Shown here one piece after another: positions 58,744-64,000 of a stretch of DNA of 64,000 bases. Within the stretch, counting starts at the first letter, position 1. Every line of letters starts with the position of its first letter. The stretch spans positions 1,565,176 to 1,629,175 of the forward strand of contig OZ244166.1 of the NCBI GenBank assembly GCA_965216445.1. Direction: 5' to 3'. The position numbers and the translations under genes were made by a program. The notes under the pieces are model-generated. The model worked only from the letters and a program-made list of their open reading frames with translations. It was not told the origin of the DNA and searched no databases. The DNA comes from Acidimicrobiia bacterium. GTDB taxonomy: Bacteria; Actinomycetota; Acidimicrobiia; Spongiisociales; ZC4RG35.

Positions 58744-59436
58744 TTACTCCGTCGATCCACCCCGATGCGCCGAGGTTGGGAAGGCCGACAGCAACGAAAC
58801 CGCTGCAACCAGGTCGTCGGGTCCAAAGATCGGAATTGCACCGTCACGGATCAACATATTTGTGCCGACCGACGTCTCGCGGTCGATGTCCCCTGGCACT
58901 GCGAAAACCGGCCGCCCGATCTCCGCTGCAAGAACTGCGGTTATCTGGGATCCGCCCGTTGCCCGCGACTCCACGACAACCACGGCGTCGGATAGTGCAG
59001 CGATGATGCGGTTCCGCCGGGGAAAACGCCATGGCTCGGGTGGAGTGTGCCCGGCATACTCTGAGATGATCCCGCCACCGGCATTGATTAGCCCCCTGGC
59101 TATCGGCAGATTCTCCCTCGGGTACATTCGTTCGATTCCACATCCGAGTACACCCACCCCTGGGCCGTTTCCTTCGATTGTTCCGCGATGAACCGCCGCA
59201 TCGATACCTCGAGCCAGTCCACTCACGGCCACCCAACCGGCTTTCGCGATTTCGACACCCATCGCTTCGGCGATATCAATTCCGTATCTGGTGCAATTGC
59301 GGGTACCCACGACCCCGACATGTGGCAGCTTCGGTTCCAACTTTCCGATCAGGTGCAGATCAGGAGCATCTTCGAGGTCACACAGACCCGTCGGGTAGTC
59401 GGGGTCCCCACGGCGCACCAAGACCGGATCCTTCAC
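58744..59436 (-). CDS. dprA: DNA-processing protein DprA (Rossmann-fold domain only)
   Basis: VGTRNCTRYG...VVESRATGGSQITA DprA signature; 230 aa; lacks the N-terminal SAM-like domain. Confidence 0.75.
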   Translation of the reverse strand: MKDPVLVRRGDPDYPTGLCDLEDAPDLHLIGKLEPKLPHVGVVGTRNCTRYGIDIAEAMGVEIAKAGWVAVSGLARGIDAAVHRGTIEGNGPGVGVLGCGIERMYPRENLPIARGLINAGGGIISEYAGHTPPEPWRFPRRNRIIAALSDAVVVVESRATGGSQITAVLAAEIGRPVFAVPGDIDRETSVGTNMLIRDGAIPIFGPDDLVAAVSLLSAFPTSAHRGGSTE

Positions 59437-60926
59437 ATTCGACCTCGTAGGGACAGCGCCTCAGCAACGTGGGACTCACTGACTGAAGTCGATTCGATAT
59501 CGGCGAGTGTCTGGGCCACCCTCCGTACCCTCAGGGCACCTCGGGCTGTGAGCGACCCCTCCTCGACTCCTGCCACGACGAGCTCTTCGGCCCTCGGTTC
59601 GATGGTCATTGCCGAAAGGTCGCTCGTGCCCAGGTCACGGTTGAGAACGCCGCGTTTCAGCTGTACTTCCCTGGCACGCCTGACGCGATCGAAAACGAAC
59701 TTGGAGTCTTCTCCCGCCTCTGATTGATAGTCCCGGCCGTCGATTCGATCCACCTTCACCGCGATATCGAATCGATCGATCAGGGGCCCAGAGATCCGCC
59801 TGCGATATCGATTTCGCGCGTTCTGTGTGCAGACACAAGGGATCTTGCGATCTCCCCAATACCCGCACGGGCATGGGTTGGTGGCGCCGATCAACTGGAA
59901 GCTTGCAGGGAAGGAGACCGCTGCGCCCTGGCGCGAAATCAGAACTTTCCCCTCCTCGAGGGGCTGTCTGAGAGCATCGAGATGCGATCGCGGGAACTCG
60001 GCCAACTCGTCCAAAAAGAGCACGCCGTTGTGGGCCAACGAGATCTCCCCTGGCGTCGGCATCCCGGTGCCACCCCCGACGAGTGCAGCCCTCGTCGCAG
60101 TGTGGTGTGGCGACCGAAACGGGGGCGAGTCGTCGATCCTCGACTCGAGCCCCGCACCCGCTCTGATGAGCGCCACCTCGATTGCCTGGTGACTGTCGAG
60201 CCGAGGAAGGATCCCAGGAATCCGTCGCGCAAGCATGGTCTTGCCTCCACCGGGTGGGCCGTGAAACATCAAATGATGACCCCCGGCGGCAGCAACTTCG
60301 ATTGCGCGTTTCGCCTGCGCCTGACCCTTCACATCCCTCAGATCGAGCCGAGCCCTTTGCGGTGCCAGGGTTCTCTCCGGCAGATGCGGCTCCCGGGTTA
60401 GACCACCGGCCAGGGTTGCTATGGCGTCTTGAAGTGTCTCCACCGGATACACCTCGGACCCGGGGACCATCGCTGCAGCATCGGCCTGGACCCGCGCCAC
60501 CAGTGCAGGAATGCCCAGTTGAGCGCCCGCCACACCTGCGGCCAGAACACTGCCCACAGGTCTGATCTTTCCATCGAGGGCAAGTTCACCGACGAGAACC
60601 GCCCGGGGAGGCTCGGCGATGAGCCGTGCGGCGGCAAGGATCACGATTGCAATGGGTAGGTCGTAATCAGAGCCGCGCTTCGGCAAGTCGGCCGGGGCCA
60701 GATTCACAGTCACTGTCTGGTGAGGGAAAACGATCTCGCTCGACGACACCGCAACACGGACGCGGTCTTTTGCCTCCCGCAACGCAGTATCCGGGAGGCC
60801 GGACAGTTTGAACACACCATTGGTACCGCCAACATGTGCTTCGACTTGGACGATACGCGCCTCACCCCCGACCAGGGCAACAGACTTGGTCGATGCGTAC
60901 ATATGAACCAACGTACGGTGGGGCAA
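59433..60926 (-). CDS. comM: YifB/ComM-family Mg-chelatase-like AAA+ ATPase
   Basis: Lon-like N-domain, Walker A (MFHGPPGGGKTM), C-terminal Mg-chelatase domain; 497 aa; start possibly the internal Met (MYAST). Confidence 0.8.
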   Translation of the reverse strand: MPHRTLVHMYASTKSVALVGGEARIVQVEAHVGGTNGVFKLSGLPDTALREAKDRVRVAVSSSEIVFPHQTVTVNLAPADLPKRGSDYDLPIAIVILAAARLIAEPPRAVLVGELALDGKIRPVGSVLAAGVAGAQLGIPALVARVQADAAAMVPGSEVYPVETLQDAIATLAGGLTREPHLPERTLAPQRARLDLRDVKGQAQAKRAIEVAAAGGHHLMFHGPPGGGKTMLARRIPGILPRLDSHQAIEVALIRAGAGLESRIDDSPPFRSPHHTATRAALVGGGTGMPTPGEISLAHNGVLFLDELAEFPRSHLDALRQPLEEGKVLISRQGAAVSFPASFQLIGATNPCPCGYWGDRKIPCVCTQNARNRYRRRISGPLIDRFDIAVKVDRIDGRDYQSEAGEDSKFVFDRVRRAREVQLKRGVLNRDLGTSDLSAMTIEPRAEELVVAGVEEGSLTARGALRVRRVAQTLADIESTSVSESHVAEALSLRGRM

Positions 60927-61780
60927 TGGTCGCTTCTAGGGGTCTGGCCCGACAGGCGCGGAGGCTGCCAGCTAAGCTTCCATCGGTGACAACAAGGCAA
61001 TCCGGGGGAAAAGCTCGCCGACTCATCGAGCGAAGCACCGCCACACTCAGACCAATCCCAAGCTTCTCGATCATTGGTGGTATCCGGTGCGGCACCACGT
61101 CGTTGATCAACTATCTCGACACCCACCCTTCCATCGTCATACCCTCGATTGACGAGATTCACTACTACGACCGTCACTTCCACCGTGGCGAGAATTGGTA
61201 TCGCTCCTTCTTCCCGATCAATCCACCACCACGATCCAGGCTGGCCGGTGGCTCGACTCCCTCGTACCTGATGCACACCGAGGCGCCAGGCCGGATGGCG
61301 TCAGCGCAGCCCGACATGAAGCTCATCCTTCTGCTCAGAAACCCGGTCGACAGGGCGATATCTCACTTCAACCTCAGGAGGGGAAAAGGCGACGAGAAGC
61401 TGGCGACCCTATCTGAGGCGCTCGCCGACGAGCCAAACCGACTCCACCATGCCGATATGAGAGCAGGGAAAGGCAATCGCCTCGACTGCTACTTTCACCA
61501 GGGCAGCTATGTCAACGGCCTGAGAAGATGGTTCGAGCACTTCGACCGATCATCGTTTCACATTCTGTCCAGCGAAGAGCTCTATCGCGATACTGCCAAG
61601 GCCTTTGAAGGTGTACTGCGTTTTCTTGGGGTTGACCGCCGGATGCCGGCGGACTTTCCTGTGCACAACGCTGCAGCCAAGACTTCGGTGGACCCCGCCA
61701 TTCGCAGCGAGCTAGCCGAGCGCTACCAACCACTCAACGAAGAGCTATACGAGCTGGTTGGCACAGACTTCGGCTGGTAG
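60926..61780 (+). CDS. sulfotransferase-family protein
   Basis: PAPS-binding 5'-PSB-like motif IIGGIRCGTTSL and sulfotransferase-domain pattern. The ORF opens at 60836 overlapping comM, so the internal Met at 60926 is preferred. Confidence 0.5.
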   Translation: MVASRGLARQARRLPAKLPSVTTRQSGGKARRLIERSTATLRPIPSFSIIGGIRCGTTSLINYLDTHPSIVIPSIDEIHYYDRHFHRGENWYRSFFPINPPPRSRLAGGSTPSYLMHTEAPGRMASAQPDMKLILLLRNPVDRAISHFNLRRGKGDEKLATLSEALADEPNRLHHADMRAGKGNRLDCYFHQGSYVNGLRRWFEHFDRSSFHILSSEELYRDTAKAFEGVLRFLGVDRRMPADFPVHNAAAKTSVDPAIRSELAERYQPLNEELYELVGTDFGW

Positions 61781-61784
61781 CCGC

Positions 61785-63242
61785 TCAGACCACAAGAGCG
61801 GCGCCGGTACGACGCGAATCAGCCGAGGCGACCAGCTCGCCATCGACCAATCCGGCTCCGTTGACTCCTCCAAAGAACATGTGGTGGTCGTCGTATGCCC
61901 TCACGTTCACGTCCGGAAGTGAGATTCCCGGTTCAATCGCAACTTGAAGGGGCTCAAGGCTTTCCGGATGTAGACGCGGATACTCGACAGCCAGGTCGAG
62001 ATCGTCTCCGGCGAGGAGAAAGCGAATCAATGTGATCACAAGGGCAGAAGTGATCCGGTCGGCTCCGGGAGACCCAATGGCAACCACATTGGTGCCTTTT
62101 CGTACCGTCGTCGGTGCCATATTCGACATCATTCGTTCACCAGGGATCAGGGCATCCACACCACCCGGCAGGAGTTCAATCTCGCCGACGGAGTTGTTCA
62201 TCAGCAGCCCGGTCCCCTTCGGGATCACTCCCGATCCATAACCCGCCGAGTACGTTGCCGCCACAGCAAGGTCATCACTGTCAACTGCTGCCACCGTGAT
62301 TGTGGAAGGCGAACGAAGGCCCGCAACACGAAGCAGCTCCCCGATTGCGGCCGGATTCCCGGTGCTCTCGTAGTCCTTACGGTGACCGAACGCTGCAACC
62401 AGACCATCCAGCCAGGTCTCATGTGAAAGCGGGTCGTTTGAGCCGGCTACGTTGCGCAGGGCGTCGAGGACTACCACTCCCCCGACGGCCGGTGGCGGAT
62501 TGGCCACCACAGTCCATCCCTCGATCTCACTCTTGAGCGGATCCCGGACGATCGGCTCGTACCGGGCCATGTCCTCGCGGGTGATCGACGAACCACGGTC
62601 AGCGAGGTCGGCCACGATGCGATGAGCGAGGTCACCCTGGTAGAAACACTTCGCTCCCTCGGAACCGATTTCGCGAAGTGTGGAAGCCAGATTTTCGAAA
62701 GTCACGATTTCGCCCATCTCGCGAACGGTTCCGTCCTCAAACAGGGCCTGTCGGGTCGCTGGGTCTTCGTAGAAAATCGGTTTCCCAGAGTCCAAGAAAT
62801 AGGTGTAGGCGGCACGGCTCAGCGGGAACCCGCCCTCCAGCGATGCAGCGACGATCTCGAGCAACTCCGCCCAAGGGACTCTTCCGTACTGAACCGAGAC
62901 CGCAGAGAGCGACGCAAACGATCCCGGCACAGCAACCGATCCGGGACCGACGTATGTCGTCAACCCGCCTCCGTAGGCCATCGTCACCGACCGGCTCGAC
63001 GGGACCCCTCCAAAACCGATTCCCGGTACTGCCATGTACCCGTCAACGACAACCGGGTTGCCCACTGCGGGATCGACCGTGACATATCCCCCAGACCCCG
63101 GAGCACAGACGCCCGGCTCGGTACACATCGCGACCAGTGCCATGACGATTGCTACATCCGCCGCGTTACCGCCCATCTCGGCGACTGTTTCGCCCGATGC
63201 CGACGCCAAGGGTGAGGGTGATGAAAGAGCGATCCGTCCCAT
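61785..63242 (-). CDS. gamma-glutamyltransferase-family (Ntn-hydrolase) protein
   Basis: GSGVIPKGTGLLMNN and MSNMAPTTV...AIGSPGADRITSALV resemble the GGT small-subunit signatures; 485 aa. Confidence 0.65.
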   Translation of the reverse strand: MGRIALSSPSPLASASGETVAEMGGNAADVAIVMALVAMCTEPGVCAPGSGGYVTVDPAVGNPVVVDGYMAVPGIGFGGVPSSRSVTMAYGGGLTTYVGPGSVAVPGSFASLSAVSVQYGRVPWAELLEIVAASLEGGFPLSRAAYTYFLDSGKPIFYEDPATRQALFEDGTVREMGEIVTFENLASTLREIGSEGAKCFYQGDLAHRIVADLADRGSSITREDMARYEPIVRDPLKSEIEGWTVVANPPPAVGGVVVLDALRNVAGSNDPLSHETWLDGLVAAFGHRKDYESTGNPAAIGELLRVAGLRSPSTITVAAVDSDDLAVAATYSAGYGSGVIPKGTGLLMNNSVGEIELLPGGVDALIPGERMMSNMAPTTVRKGTNVVAIGSPGADRITSALVITLIRFLLAGDDLDLAVEYPRLHPESLEPLQVAIEPGISLPDVNVRAYDDHHMFFGGVNGAGLVDGELVASADSRRTGAALVV

Positions 63243-63249
63243 GAGGCTC

Positions 63250-63948
63250 CTAGGAGCCTTTCCACTCCGGGGGACGTTTCTCTGTGAACGAGATCACACC
63301 TTCGGCAGCATCTTCGGTAGCAAGCAGAATCGACTGCGATTGACCTTCCCAGCTGAGCGCATCAGCCATCGACATGCCAAAACTCGCGTTGAGGGCTTGT
63401 TTGGCGAAGGCCTGAGCCCTCGGAGCTCCCTCCATCATCCGCGCGGCCATCTCGGCACCTGCTTCTGCCAAGCCATCGGGGCTGGCCAGATCCGTAACCA
63501 ATCCCAGGTCACGAGCCTCCACACCGGAAACGATCCTCCCGGTGAGCGCCAGTTCCTTTGCCCGTTGGAGACCGACGATTCGGGGGAGCAGCCAGCTACC
63601 CCCGAAGTCGAGCGTGAGCCCACGTTTGACAAAGATCTCTGAGAATCTGGAATCGGGTGTAGCGATCACAACATCGCAACCGAGCGCCAGATTCATCCCG
63701 GCACCCACTGCGACACCGTCGACGAGGGCAATAGTGGGTTTCGTGAGTCGATGAAGCGCTAACGCTGCATCCCCGACGATCTTCATCCTCCGATGACGAT
63801 CGGCAACGGTTTGAATCTCGTTGATACGGGAGATGTCCAGGTCGACACCAGCGCAGAAGTCACCGCTGGCTCCGTTGATGATCAACACTCGGTTTGTTGA
63901 TTCCTCGAACTCGGCAAAGGAAGTCCGCAGGTCAGCCCAACCATCCAT
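63250..63948 (-). CDS. enoyl-CoA hydratase/isomerase family protein (N-terminus may extend or lie beyond the first ATG)
   Basis: Crotonase oxyanion motif GASGDFCAGVDL and the rest of the fold; the first ATG is at 63948, close to the window end. Confidence 0.65.
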   Translation of the reverse strand: MDGWADLRTSFAEFEESTNRVLIINGASGDFCAGVDLDISRINEIQTVADRHRRMKIVGDAALALHRLTKPTIALVDGVAVGAGMNLALGCDVVIATPDSRFSEIFVKRGLTLDFGGSWLLPRIVGLQRAKELALTGRIVSGVEARDLGLVTDLASPDGLAEAGAEMAARMMEGAPRAQAFAKQALNASFGMSMADALSWEGQSQSILLATEDAAEGVISFTEKRPPEWKGS

Positions 63949-64000
63949 GGGAACAGCGTTCCGACGACCAGGATTGTCCAGGGTCAGCCACCGAACACTG

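Overview
High-GC (about 60%) actinobacterial chromosome segment, almost fully coding; most genes are on the minus strand. The right half (about 36.4-61 kb) is a conserved core block: fpg, pnp-rpsO-ribF-truB-nrnA-rbfA-infB-nusA-rimP, proS, ispG-rip-dxr-cdsA-frr-pyrH-tsf-rpsB, a WhiG/FliA sigma factor, xerC, dprA and comM. The left half mixes housekeeping and accessory functions: SDR and DMT transporter, MsbA-like ABC exporter, a lipoate-ligase-like gene coupled to an AroQ/alpha-beta-hydrolase fusion, valS, fused isobutyryl-CoA mutase IcmF, PlsC, MTHFS, AzlCD, APH-family kinases, and an acyltransferase/GNAT/dodecin/MBL operon. The clearest system-level signal is a split SOS mutasome. dnaE2 at 8.8-12.2 kb and imuA'-imuB at 33.3-35.5 kb each carry the identical LexA box TCGAACATATGTTCGA. 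Other points worth a second look are a family of three 52-bp hairpin repeats bracketing an AbiEi_4/DUF559 gene, an unusual AroQ/alpha-beta-hydrolase fusion, a PNPase with an Arg/Gly/Asp-rich repetitive tail, and a remnant of an APH paralogue. No rRNA, tRNA or CRISPR array could be supported. Nothing here can be asserted to be a previously undescribed system; the candidates below are ranked by how unusual they look.
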